Shown piece after piece: positions 9,277 to 18,488 of a DNA stretch of 64,000 nt. How positions within the stretch are numbered: the first letter of the stretch is position 1; each line of letters begins with the position of its first letter. The position numbers and the translations under genes were made by a program. Source of the DNA: Candidatus Bathyarchaeota archaeon (GTDB lineage: Archaea; Thermoproteota; Bathyarchaeia; 40CM-2-53-6); the NCBI GenBank assembly GCA_005882895.1, contig VBBD01000009.1, positions 7,648-71,647 of the forward strand. Reading direction: 5' to 3'. Under the pieces are notes generated by a model. It did no database searches and was not told the DNA's origin. It was given only the letters and a program-made list of their open reading frames with translations.

Positions 9277-10193
9277 ATGCCGATCTCACCCGCTGGTCCT
9301 TCGTCTCCTGAGCTCGCTCAGAGAAGCCTAATCATAGAGAGAATCGAGAGGGAGGCAAGGGTCCCGGACCTTGCTAATATTCTCACAAGTCGTCTGGCTC
9401 CGACTGACCTACAATCGTTGCTCTTGGAGGTCTACGGCCGCAGAGCGAAGAAGCGGAGCCCAAATTATTACTTGAGGATCACGTCTCAAACCGGTTCACC
9501 CCGCCTTCTGTCTCTAGTCCTCGACGTCTTCTTGAATGGGATCGCATCGCGTTCTCTCGACTACCTAAAGTCTTCCAGCCCATCGAACTCTCACCGGTCT
9601 GCCCGCTAGGAACAGTCTCTGCGCTATCCCCGATCAGTCAGGATTGGACCGTTTCGACGATTCGGAACACGGAGGTTGTCGCTGATTCGACAAACGTGCT
9701 AGCGATTGAGTGTGCAGTCAGACGCCGCGAGCAGAGGAACTTCTCTTCAGGTAAAGCGGCTTCGGTTCATCTAGCCGCGAGCCACCGCCTCTTAAGAGGC
9801 CAGAAATTTGGCGTCGGCCCCGATGCTAAACAACACTTCAGAATATTCACTCTGTGCAGTGCAGGCCGCGATACAGGGAACCTAATGTTTGAGACAGAGT
9901 CCTTGGGTAACCACGTAGGATTCTATCTTGCAGCGCTCAGACAGTTTCTAGGCGCTAAGAGAGCTCTCCGGGTTGCCATTTCTGACTTCGGGTCCAAAAC
10001 CCCGCGAGCGGCGGTTCAATCGGGAGTTCTCGAGAAGCTTCGATCTCGGTACAGGCGCGTCAAGGTCGGAATCGATCAGAGTCGGACACAGGGTAGAGGA
10101 TACTATGGCGAATTGTGTTTCAAGATATTCGCAACCGACTCCACTGCCAAAGAACGAGAGCTCGTCGATGGCGGAGACGTCAATTGGACCTAG
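9277..10193 (+). pseudogene. Hypothetical protein split into two overlapping frames, probably by a frameshift in 9516-9609
   Basis: Frame-1 ORF 9277..9609 and frame-0 ORF open from 9516 (GTG at 9696) to 10193. No competing minus-strand ORF. The frame-0 text 'FQPIELSPVCPLGTVSALSPISQDWTVSTIRNTEVVADSTNVLAIECA' is protein-like upstream of the annotated start. Confidence 0.3.
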
Positions 10194-10307
10194 AAGCTCC
10201 TCAACAACGCGAAGGAGCGTCTCATCATCAGCAGATGTGGCAGCGAGAGACTGTGCGAGCTCTTCGAGCCGGCCGCGTCCCCAAAGAGCGCTTAGGAGTC
10301 CGAGTCG

Positions 10308-10640
10308 TTACTGTCGTGCGCTTTTTTCCTTCTTCAGCAACTCGTCCAGCCGTTCAAAACTCTCGTCCCAGTACCGCTGGTACTCTGTGGCCCAAACAGC
10401 AATTTCCCGCAAGGGCCCGGCCTGCAGCCGGCACCAGCGTCGCTGGGCTTCGCGTCGGCGCTCGATGAGCCCTGCCTTCTCCAGGACCTTGAGGTGTTTG
10501 GAGACCGCAGGTTGGCTTATCGGCAGGGGCTCTGCCAGTTCTTGGACAGTGGCCTCGCCCTGCGCGAGCCGGGCGAGAATGGTGCGGCGTGTCGGGTCGG
10601 CTACGGCCTGGAAGGTTGCGGAGAGCGTATCGTCTTTCAA
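10308..10640 (-). CDS. ArsR/SmtB-family transcriptional regulator
   Basis: 'FQAVADPTRRTILARLAQGEATVQELAEPLPISQPAVSKHLKVLEKAGLI' is the canonical ArsR HTH. TTG start overlaps the upstream stop (TTGA). Confidence 0.85.
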   Translation of the reverse strand: MKDDTLSATFQAVADPTRRTILARLAQGEATVQELAEPLPISQPAVSKHLKVLEKAGLIERRREAQRRWCRLQAGPLREIAVWATEYQRYWDESFERLDELLKKEKSARQ

Positions 10641-11143
10641 TGCACGGTCCGCAGGAGCTCGTCGAGGCGGTCATAGCCTTCGTTCAAACCGCTTTCCATG
10701 TTGCTGGCTAGCATACCGTCGCGATGCTCCTTGCGCTCGAACTTGACGATGGATGTGACTGTGGTGCGGCCATTATGTTCATGGAAAAGGGCTGTCTGAA
10801 GCGATTCGCCTGGCATTCCTTCGAAATTCCAAGTCTGCACAATGCGCTCTGGGCGCACTATCTCGCGGAATTCGCCGTGGAAACCGTACTCGGTGCCGTC
10901 AGTGTCGATATGAGTAAAGTGCCATCGGCCGCCGGGGTGGACATCCATCTGCTCGATTGTCATCTTGTATTTTCGGGGTCCCATCCACTGGGAAAGGAGC
11001 TGTGGATCGGTGTATGCGCGGAACACGACGTCTCGGGGCGCCTCGAAAGTGCGTTCTATTCGGATCTCCGTATCATTAGGAGTTGTGATTGAGGCGGGTT
11101 TCGCGGTAGATTGTGAGGCTTTCATAACCTCATGCATAACCAC
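10637..11143 (-). CDS. SRPBCC-superfamily protein (AHSA1 / activator-of-Hsp90-ATPase-like)
   Basis: 'EIRIERTFEAPRDVVFRAYTDPQLLSQWMGP...HPGGRWHF' is the typical AHSA1/START-like pattern. It forms the classic ArsR-SRPBCC pair. Confidence 0.75.
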   Translation of the reverse strand: MVMHEVMKASQSTAKPASITTPNDTEIRIERTFEAPRDVVFRAYTDPQLLSQWMGPRKYKMTIEQMDVHPGGRWHFTHIDTDGTEYGFHGEFREIVRPERIVQTWNFEGMPGESLQTALFHEHNGRTTVTSIVKFERKEHRDGMLASNMESGLNEGYDRLDELLRTVH

Positions 11144-11244
11144 GTGGCTATATAACTATTCTGTTAAGCTCGGGCATTGCACGAAACGAAGCCGAGACGA
11201 GAGTCACACTAAAACGCGGCTGGAGGCACTGATGGCTTGAGGCT

Positions 11245-11532
11245 TTGAGAGTGTGCAGGAATATCAGAATACTCTTCAATTTCGACCCGCCGGCCACAGA
11301 TGCAGAGGTTCGAGACGCTTCCCTACAGTTCGTTCGGAAGATTAGCGGGTTTCGTCAGCCGTCGAAGGCAAACGAACGATCATTCCGTGCCGCAGTTGAT
11401 GAGATAGCCCAAGTCTCTACCAGTCTTCTCCGTTCGCTTGAAACGAACGCGCAACCAAGGACCCGGGAGCAGGAGATTGCAAAAGCGAAGGCCCACTCTG
11501 CTGAGAGGTTTCGTGCTAGCGTGTCCGCCTAG
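11245..11532 (+). CDS. DUF2277-like small protein
   Basis: 'MRVCRNIRILFNFDPPATDAEVRDASLQFVRKISGF..PSKANE' matches the conserved N-terminus remembered for DUF2277. Confidence 0.5.
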   Translation: MRVCRNIRILFNFDPPATDAEVRDASLQFVRKISGFRQPSKANERSFRAAVDEIAQVSTSLLRSLETNAQPRTREQEIAKAKAHSAERFRASVSA

Positions 11533-12486
11533 TCAGCCTTAACGTTCTCTAGGAATGTCGTGGATGGAACGAAGAAGAGGTTCCCTGTGACCGCCCGGCT
11601 GAAATCCAATAGTCGATCATAATTGCCTGGTGGCTTGCCGACGAACATGTTCTGAAGCATTTGCTCGATGGTGTGTGGTGAGCGACTGTATCCGATGAAG
11701 TATGTCCCGAACTCTTTCTGACCGGCATGTCCGAAGGGCATGTTGTCTCGGAGAATCTTGACCTCTCTACCACCTTCCACTATCTTGGTCAGAGCGTTGT
11801 GCGCATAGGTGGGCTTGACCCTTGTCGTCCAGCTCCACATCGTTCAGCTTCGTGCGTCCAACGATTTTTTCCTGTTTTTCCGTCGGTAGAACATTCCAGC
11901 CGGCCAGGTCATGGAGATACTTCTGAATGATCACGTAGCTGCCTGCAGCGAACGCAGGATCCTCGCTGGTTATGAGGGTGGCATCAATCGCGTCCTGACC
12001 CTTGGGGTTCTCTGTCCCGTCGACGAAGCCGATGAGGTCGCGGCTGTCAAAGTAACGGAACCCATGAACCTCATCCACCGGGCTGATTGCGGGTCCAAGC
12101 CGAGCCATAATCTGAGTCGCCAACTCGAAGCACAGGTCCATGCGCTGCGCCCGAATATGGAAGAGCATGTCACCCGGTGTTGAGACGGCATGACGCCTTC
12201 CCGCCCGTATCTCGCGAAACTTGTGCAGCTCTCTAGGCCGCGCCCTCCCGAAAAGCTGGTCCCAGGCCTCGGACCCAAACCCCAAAACACATGAAAGAGT
12301 TCCCTCCTGTTCACGAAATCCTACGGAGCGCACGAGCGCGGCTAGATCTGCGCAGAAAGATCGGATTGCAGCTCGATGCCCCGCACCCGGGTTGATGGTT
12401 ACGACCAGGAAGATCGCGGCGCGGGTCAGCGGTGTTGCGACAGGCTGTGGAAGAGCAGGTGGACCGTCTGACGCTCTGGGCGTCAT
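11529..12486 (-). pseudogene. Dyp-type (YfeX/EfeB-like) haem peroxidase, interrupted by a 1-nt frameshift near 11811-11820
   Basis: The N-terminal part carries 'DLIGFVDGTENPKG' (the GxxDGTxNP Dyp motif). The C-terminal part 'AHNALTKIVEGGREVKILRDNMPFG...GTYFIGYSRSPHTIEQMLQNMFVG' matches the YfeX C-terminus. The two frames overlap at 11767-11840. Removing one nucleotide in 'ggtcaaGccc' restores '..DDKGQPTYAHNA..'. Confidence 0.65.
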
Positions 12487-12555
12487 AGGGCGGAGGTTCG
12501 CCTAGAGTGCTGAAAACGTTTGCCGTCTTTCCTCTAGTATTGCGTACTATCGAGG

Positions 12556-13419
12556 CTAGGCGGGTGTTGTCAGTTCGAGCTTCTTCTCTTCTTTCAGAAA
12601 GCTTAGCAATGCAGTGTTGACTTCGTCGGCGTGTGTCCAGGATATGAAGTGCGGCCCGCCCTTGACCACGACTAGACGTGCTCCAGGGACCAGTTTGGCT
12701 GTCCGCTGTCCCGAGGCGGCAAAGGGAACGATCCGGTCCGCATCACCATGAACGACTAGAGTAGGCACCTGAACGCGAGATAGATCCTTACGGAAATCCT
12801 CAAGCCACGTTGAGACACAGGCCAGACTGGCGGTTGCGGAGGCGCCTGCGGCGATATTCCAGCTGGACTGGACAGCTTGTTCGCTGACCCTAGTGCCTAG
12901 GAACTGGTCGGTGTTGTAGAAGTTCTTGAAAAACTCGGTGAAGAACGCATAACGGTCCACCTTGATCGCGGTCTTGATCCCCTCGAAGGCGCTGCCGTCG
13001 ACGCCTTCCGGGTTGTCCGGTGCCTTCAGAAGATATGGTGGGATTGACGAGATGAATACAGCTTTGCTAACGTCCTTTGAACCGTACCGTCCCATGTATC
13101 GTGCGACTTCGCCGCCGCCCATCGAGAAGCCTACCAGCGCGAAATCACGCAGGCCGAGGTGGCTTACGAGTTTGTGCAGGTCTTCGGCGAACGTGTCATA
13201 GTTGTAGCCCACGGTCGGCTTGCTCGACTTACCGAACCCCCTGCGGTCGTAGGTGATGACACGGTAACCGGCATCGAGCAGAACTGGGAGCTGTTTCTCC
13301 CAGGAGGCACCACTCAATGGATAGCCATGGATCAGTACGACTGGTTTACCCGAACCATGATCCTCGTAAAAGAGATCAATACTCCCAGAGTTTTCCTGAC
13401 CGACAATAACGACTGGCAT
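12556..13419 (-). CDS. Non-haem haloperoxidase / perhydrolase family alpha/beta hydrolase
   Basis: 'VVLIHGYPLSGASWEKQ', the nucleophile 'VGFSMGGGEV', 'VHGDADRIVP' and a 287-aa length are typical of bacterial non-haem chloro/bromoperoxidases. Confidence 0.8.
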   Translation of the reverse strand: MPVVIVGQENSGSIDLFYEDHGSGKPVVLIHGYPLSGASWEKQLPVLLDAGYRVITYDRRGFGKSSKPTVGYNYDTFAEDLHKLVSHLGLRDFALVGFSMGGGEVARYMGRYGSKDVSKAVFISSIPPYLLKAPDNPEGVDGSAFEGIKTAIKVDRYAFFTEFFKNFYNTDQFLGTRVSEQAVQSSWNIAAGASATASLACVSTWLEDFRKDLSRVQVPTLVVHGDADRIVPFAASGQRTAKLVPGARLVVVKGGPHFISWTHADEVNTALLSFLKEEKKLELTTPA

Positions 13420-13614
13420 AGAACTCGGCTCCCTATTGCGTTGTTCTTATGACTATTGGTTACCCAGGACAAATCCGTTTAGGTAGATCTGGTGGATTTC
13501 TTTTTTCTAGAACTTCTTAGAAAGGAGAATTGGCGAGCAACCCGGCCCTCTTTTCCGAACTCCGGGTTACCCCAAGGTTAAACGCTACGGGCAAATACTT
13601 ACCTCGTCCCAGGA

Positions 13615-14211
13615 ATGATTCCGAAATATTTCTTTTTGACGAAAGGTGTTGGAAAGCACAAAGAGAACTTGGCCAGTTTCGAGCTAGCCCTTCGAGATGC
13701 GGGTATTCAACACTGCAACCTCGTACCCGTGTCCAGCATAATTCCGCCCGGATGCAAGCTCATACCAAAAGAGAAGGGCATCCCAATGTTGCATGCTGGC
13801 GAGATCACGTTTGTCGTGCTCGCGAGAAATTGTACGGATGAGCCGCATAGGCTGATCGCATCATCAATTGGGATCGCGATTCCTTCTGAAGAGAATCAGT
13901 ATGGATATCTCTCCGAGCACCATTCTTTCGGACAATCAGAAGAGGTTGCTGGAGATTATTCGGAGGATCTTGCTGCTAGTATGTTGGCTACTACTATGGG
14001 GGTTGCTTTTGATCCGGCGACCGCTTGGGACGAGAGGAAGCAGCTTTTCATGTCCAGCGGCCTGATCATCAAGACGACTCAGGTAACGCAGTCTGCGACA
14101 GGGGACAAGAACGGGCTATGGACCTCAGTAGTCGCAGCAGCGGTGTTTCTGCCAGCAACCTCTGCGTCGGTGCAAGAACTTCTGCCCCCGTCAAACCAAC
14201 CTGCAGTCTGA
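13615..14211 (+). CDS. pdaD: Pyruvoyl-dependent arginine decarboxylase
   Basis: '[45 protein letters not shown]' is the conserved PdaD N-terminus, including the self-cleavage Ser-Ser region. Confidence 0.85.
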   Translation: MIPKYFFLTKGVGKHKENLASFELALRDAGIQHCNLVPVSSIIPPGCKLIPKEKGIPMLHAGEITFVVLARNCTDEPHRLIASSIGIAIPSEENQYGYLSEHHSFGQSEEVAGDYSEDLAASMLATTMGVAFDPATAWDERKQLFMSSGLIIKTTQVTQSATGDKNGLWTSVVAAAVFLPATSASVQELLPPSNQPAV

Positions 14212-14264
14212 CAACATGCATGCCCCGGACATTAAGACTTGTTTCCTTCGATTAACCTAGCGCT

Positions 14265-15002
14265 TTACTTCCATTTTGTGAGAATCTCTTCTCTCCGGAA
14301 AGTAGCCGTGCTAATCCGAAAAAGAACCAGATCAAGCGCTGCGACAATGGCAGAGATGAGGAGGAGATTGTTGGTGTCGAGCAATACCAGGCCTATCTCA
14401 CCTGCGACGTAGAGGGCCATGAATGGGAGGAACATGAGAGCTCCGAGCTGCGGTGCTGCACGCACGTCGCTAACCCTCGCGGACGCGATCACATTCAACT
14501 CGACGCTTAGTACCGCGGCTAGAGGAGCAAGAAGCAGGAGGATTACCCCGATGGCCCAGTTTGGAAAATACAGGTAACCGAGCGTGCGGTGAGTTACGTT
14601 ATCAGTGAGAATCATGAAGATTGTAGCGCCAGCATGGGTCGCGATGATGGTAGGCAGGAATGCTGCGATGCTCTTTCCGAGCAGGATCTCCCCATCAGTG
14701 GTTGGAGTAGCAAGGAGGGGTTCCAGACTCTTCTCAACCTTCTCGCCGACTATGCTGTAAGAGGCGATCGGAGTAGGAAGGAGCGCCGCGATAATGACAA
14801 AGAAGAAAGAGAACGAGTTCAGCAGTCCTGGGAGAACCGCAGCCGGTATTCCCCGGTTCCTATTTCCCTCGAACTTGATTACCAATGGGAACAGAATCGA
14901 AATCAGGAGAGGAAGTATGATGATCGTATAGCGGATCGTTCTTTTCCGTATGATTACCTTGAGGTCCTTGGTTGCACTTATCCACGAATTTCCGAGATTC
15001 AT
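14265..15002 (-). CDS. ABC-2 type transporter permease
   Basis: Six hydrophobic segments. The ATG overlaps the upstream ATPase stop (ATGA). Confidence 0.65.
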   Translation of the reverse strand: MNLGNSWISATKDLKVIIRKRTIRYTIIILPLLISILFPLVIKFEGNRNRGIPAAVLPGLLNSFSFFFVIIAALLPTPIASYSIVGEKVEKSLEPLLATPTTDGEILLGKSIAAFLPTIIATHAGATIFMILTDNVTHRTLGYLYFPNWAIGVILLLLAPLAAVLSVELNVIASARVSDVRAAPQLGALMFLPFMALYVAGEIGLVLLDTNNLLLISAIVAALDLVLFRISTATFRREEILTKWK

Positions 15003-15919
15003 TTTGTCTCCTTCACGAGTTTCAGATAGGCATCTTCTAACGTTGAACCGAACACTGAAACGGATTGAACGTTGCCTCCTGCCTCCACAATCGCGCGCAC
15101 GATGACCGGATTCTCCTTTTCCGGATTCACTACGTCGATCGTTATTCTATTGTCGTCCCTGACCATTTTCCCGATCGATAGTCTCTTCAACGCGTTCAGG
15201 ACCGCCTCGTCAACCTGCTCTAGCTGGATTACGGTCTTCCTACCTGTTACTGAGCGTTCGAGTTCTTCGGGAGTACCCACGGCCATCAGCTTCGTGTTGA
15301 GTATCCCGATTCTATCGCAGATTCTTTGCGCTTCATCGAGGTTGTGCGTGTTTAGAAAGGTGGTCTTCTTCTCCTTCTTTAGCTCAAGAAGAAAGTCCCT
15401 GACTGTTTTTTACGATTCAGGGTCCAGGTTGACTGTCGGCTCGTCCAAGAACAGCACTTCCGGTTCATGAATGAGCGCGCGTGCTATCGCAAGTTTTTGC
15501 TTCATTCCCTTCGAAAATGCTCCAGCAGCAACGTCTTTCTTCTCCCAGAGTCCCAACATCTTGAGGAACCGTTGGATGTTCTCTCTCCTTTGCGTTTCTG
15601 TACATCTGTACAGCTTCCCGTAAAAATCCAAGTTGTCGTAGGCGGTCAAGTCATCGTAGAGACCCACACTATCAGGAACCAATCCGATGATCTTCCTGAT
15701 CTTCAAAGAATCTTCGTCGTTGCCAACCTCGTAACCTGGTATCTTGGCTGTTCCACTGGTCTTTGATATCAAACAGCAAAGCATCCTGACCGTAGTGGTC
15801 TTTCCCGCTCCATTGGGTCCCAGGAATCCGAAGACCTCTCCCTCCTCAACCCTGAGGGTTACCCCATCGACGGCGGTCAGGTCACCAAACTTCTTGGTGA
15901 GGTTCACAGTCTCAATCAA
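14999..15919 (-). pseudogene. ABC transporter ATP-binding protein with an in-frame TAA at 15410-15412
   Basis: Walker A 'GPNGAGKTTT', signature 'FSKGMKQKL', Walker B 'LFLDEPTVNLDPES', then TAA. The same frame continues 'KTVRDFLLELKKEKKTTFLNTHNLDEAQRICDRIGILNTKLMAVGTPEEL' with the H-loop. No frame change. Confidence 0.75.
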
Positions 15920-16051
15920 ACTGTTATTCCGCCGCTTTTTGTGAATGGTGATACCAGTTTAAGGGCAAAGGTCCTTTCACGAGCCCTTTCGGAACTCAAT
16001 GCGGGTACGAGAGAACAGAATTGTTGATATCTGGTTCTATCTTTCCTTACA

Positions 16052-17455
16052 ATGATGATTCGAGTGGCTAAGACCCCGAGCGAGACTATCACTGAACGGA
16101 AGGACGAGATTCTCAACCAGATAGATTCTAGTAGCAACAAGTTTGTGGAACAGCTCCAGGCCTTATGCAGACAACCGAGCGTGTCAGCCCAGAACCAAGG
16201 ACTTATCGAGACGGCTGAACTGGTTAGCAAGTTTCTCAAGGAGACGGGCTTCACAGTAGAGCAGTTCTCTCCAAGCAAGGGTCCTCCTATAGTATTCGCT
16301 GAACTCTCATCCAAGACCGGGAGAAGAACGCTCGTCTTCTACAATCACTATGACGTGCAGCCGGTCGAGCCGGTTGAATTGTGGAAGAATCCACCATTCT
16401 CAGCGATAGTGGAGGACGGCCGGGTCTATGCTAGGGGAGCAAGCGACAACAAGGGAAACATCGCGTCCCGCTTATCGGCAATTAACGCGTTCCTGAAGGT
16501 GACTGGAACCGTTCCTTGCAATATCAAGTGGGTGATCGAGGGTGAAGAAGAAATTGGCAGCCCCCATTTCTCCGAGTTCATCACGCGGTACAAAGAGAGG
16601 CTGACCGGCGATTCTGCGATTTGGGAGTTCGGAGGCCTCGACTACGAGGATCGCCCCTTAGTCACGCTGGGCTTGAAGGGAATGCTCTATGTTGAGTTTA
16701 GAGTTCAAACCGCTCTGAAGGATTCTCATTCGGCTCGTGCTGCGGTCGTCGAGAATCCAGCGTGGCGTCTGGTCCGAATGCTGGACACGATCACTGACGA
16801 GGACGGCAGAATCATGATAGAAGGCTGGTACGACGATGTCAAACCATTCACTCAAGAAGAGCTGGAGGTCATCCGAGCGATGCCGTTGGAAGAACACAGT
16901 ATTCGAGACGAGCTAGGCGTCAAAAATTTCCTCTACGGCCTGACCGGATTCGAGTTCAAGAAAGCATTCTACGGAAACCCTACCGCGAACATCGCCGGAA
17001 TATGGTCAGGATACACAGGTCCAGGACACAAGACAGTTCTCCCGTCCGTTGCCCAAGCGAAGATGGACTTTCGCCTAGTACCAAACCAGGACCCGGTAAA
17101 GCTAGCGGGGAAGCTGAAACAGCACTTGGTCCGCCATGGGTTCGCAGACGTAGAAGTCGGCCTTCAGGCTGAGAATCCTGCCGCGCGAACACCTATCGAC
17201 GCCCCAATCGCGAAGATCGCAGCGCGTGCTGGGAGAGAAGTATTTCGCAAAGAGCCTGTTACGCTGGTAACTTCTGCGGCTTCAGGTCCCATGCACTATT
17301 TCACAAACATACTAGGGCTACCGACAGTGGCTATTGGCTGTAACCACGCCAAGAGCAATACTCACGCTCCTAACGAGAACCAGAGGATTGACGTGTTCGT
17401 CCAGGGAAGCAAGTGGATAGCACGGGTCATCGAGGAATTCGCGAAACAAGCCTAG
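16052..17455 (+). CDS. M20-family metallopeptidase (dipeptidase / ArgE/DapE/CPG2-like)
   Basis: 'YNHYDVQPVEPVELWKNPPFSAIVEDGRVYARGASDNKG' is the M20 catalytic motif. 'EGEEEIGS' provides metal ligands. 467-aa length with a dimerisation insert. Confidence 0.8.
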   Translation: MMIRVAKTPSETITERKDEILNQIDSSSNKFVEQLQALCRQPSVSAQNQGLIETAELVSKFLKETGFTVEQFSPSKGPPIVFAELSSKTGRRTLVFYNHYDVQPVEPVELWKNPPFSAIVEDGRVYARGASDNKGNIASRLSAINAFLKVTGTVPCNIKWVIEGEEEIGSPHFSEFITRYKERLTGDSAIWEFGGLDYEDRPLVTLGLKGMLYVEFRVQTALKDSHSARAAVVENPAWRLVRMLDTITDEDGRIMIEGWYDDVKPFTQEELEVIRAMPLEEHSIRDELGVKNFLYGLTGFEFKKAFYGNPTANIAGIWSGYTGPGHKTVLPSVAQAKMDFRLVPNQDPVKLAGKLKQHLVRHGFADVEVGLQAENPAARTPIDAPIAKIAARAGREVFRKEPVTLVTSAASGPMHYFTNILGLPTVAIGCNHAKSNTHAPNENQRIDVFVQGSKWIARVIEEFAKQA

Positions 17456-17539
17456 ATGCCCTCTACCCGATCTTCTTCCCCCGACGACGCAAGCCCTTTT
17501 GCGGACGAATCCTAAGCGCGGAGCCGCGGGTTCGGAAGA

Positions 17540-18004
17540 TTGGAAATCAGGCTTCTTCAGCACAGCGACTATTCCGGTGTTCGAGAAATTTACAAAGCCG
17601 TGAGTAACGAGTACCTGCAATATCAAAGACAAACGTCGGGAGAAGTATACGACCCAGTCAGACCTGACCTTGAAACCTCCCAACTCGACTTCTATGTTGC
17701 GACTCATTGTAGCTTCGCTGCGATAGAGAACGAAAGACTTCTCGGTGTTCTTCTGGCTCAGCCCCTCAGGTGGATCAATGACTGGGACAAAGTCCTCTGG
17801 CTTGAATACATCGCCGTTCAAGCTGCTCATAGGCGAAAAGGTATTGGCCTAGCTCTAATTTCAGCGGCCAAGGATTTCGCACGGAAACACGATATCAAAG
17901 GATTGTTTGCCACTCTGAATGTAGATAATGAAGAGTCAAAGAGTCTCCTGCTGAAGGCAAAATTCGAGGTGAAAGACTGGAGAATCGCGTCTTACTCAGC
18001 ATAG
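17540..18004 (+). CDS. GNAT-family N-acetyltransferase
   Basis: 'YIAVQAAHRRKGIGLALI' is the acetyl-CoA-binding motif A (Q/RxxGxG/A). Confidence 0.7.
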   Translation: MEIRLLQHSDYSGVREIYKAVSNEYLQYQRQTSGEVYDPVRPDLETSQLDFYVATHCSFAAIENERLLGVLLAQPLRWINDWDKVLWLEYIAVQAAHRRKGIGLALISAAKDFARKHDIKGLFATLNVDNEESKSLLLKAKFEVKDWRIASYSA

Positions 18005-18010
18005 GGGCTT

Positions 18011-18475
18011 TTGGTCTCGTCAACACTTCTTGGCGCGGCTTTCGCCGGTCTAGTTGCGGCTGCTGTCATGACTTTGTTCGAGTTCCCTTTCTGGAAGACC
18101 TGGGGAATGAACGGCGTGGCTGAGTGGCAAACCAATTGGGTAATCATCTCTAAGCTCACCCGAGAACCTTCGAATCGAATTCAGTCACCAAGAATTTCAT
18201 GGACCATTGCCCTTCATTTGTGGCATGGAGTCGCTGCTGGTATCGTGTTCGGACTTCTTCTACCCTTTTTGACGGTACTTCCAACGGGGAGCATCTCGGT
18301 TCTTCTGGATGCCGTAGTCTACAGTGTTGCACTCTGGATCATCTTCATGATTGCACCTAGGAAAGCGTTCGAGTCTGCAGGTGGCACTCCAATTTCAAAC
18401 TGCAGCCTATTGGTTGCATTAGCGTCCCACTTTGTCTACGGGATCTCTCTGGGACTTCTTGTTACTATTGCCTAG
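18011..18475 (+). CDS. Integral membrane protein (4 TM), hypothetical
   Basis: Hydrophobic profile only. Confidence 0.4.
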   Translation: MVSSTLLGAAFAGLVAAAVMTLFEFPFWKTWGMNGVAEWQTNWVIISKLTREPSNRIQSPRISWTIALHLWHGVAAGIVFGLLLPFLTVLPTGSISVLLDAVVYSVALWIIFMIAPRKAFESAGGTPISNCSLLVALASHFVYGISLGLLVTIA

Positions 18476-18488
18476 AATCGGCTCAGCT

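Noticed and set aside
9973-10746. 257-aa Ser/Arg-rich plus-strand ORF
   Set aside because: It lies entirely antisense to the well-supported ArsR and SRPBCC genes. The low-complexity composition is typical of a shadow ORF in GC-rich DNA.
13497-13535. TTCtaGAAcTTCttaGAA alternating GAA/TTC array upstream of pdaD (HSE-like)
   Set aside because: It resembles a eukaryotic or bacterial heat-shock-element pattern, but no cognate factor is expected in archaea. It is probably coincidental. It is only noted as a small palindrome (TTCTAGAA).
15410-15412. Possibility that TAA is recoded (alternative genetic code)
   Set aside because: TAA terminates an intact, well-conserved gene in the same window (ArsR, 10308-10310). 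Other genes end in TAG or TGA at the expected positions. A nonsense mutation or base-call error is more parsimonious.
15916-16314. 132-aa minus-strand ORF between the ABC ATPase and the M20 peptidase
   Set aside because: It overlaps the 5' end of the M20 peptidase gene antisense and has no motif. It is a shadow ORF.
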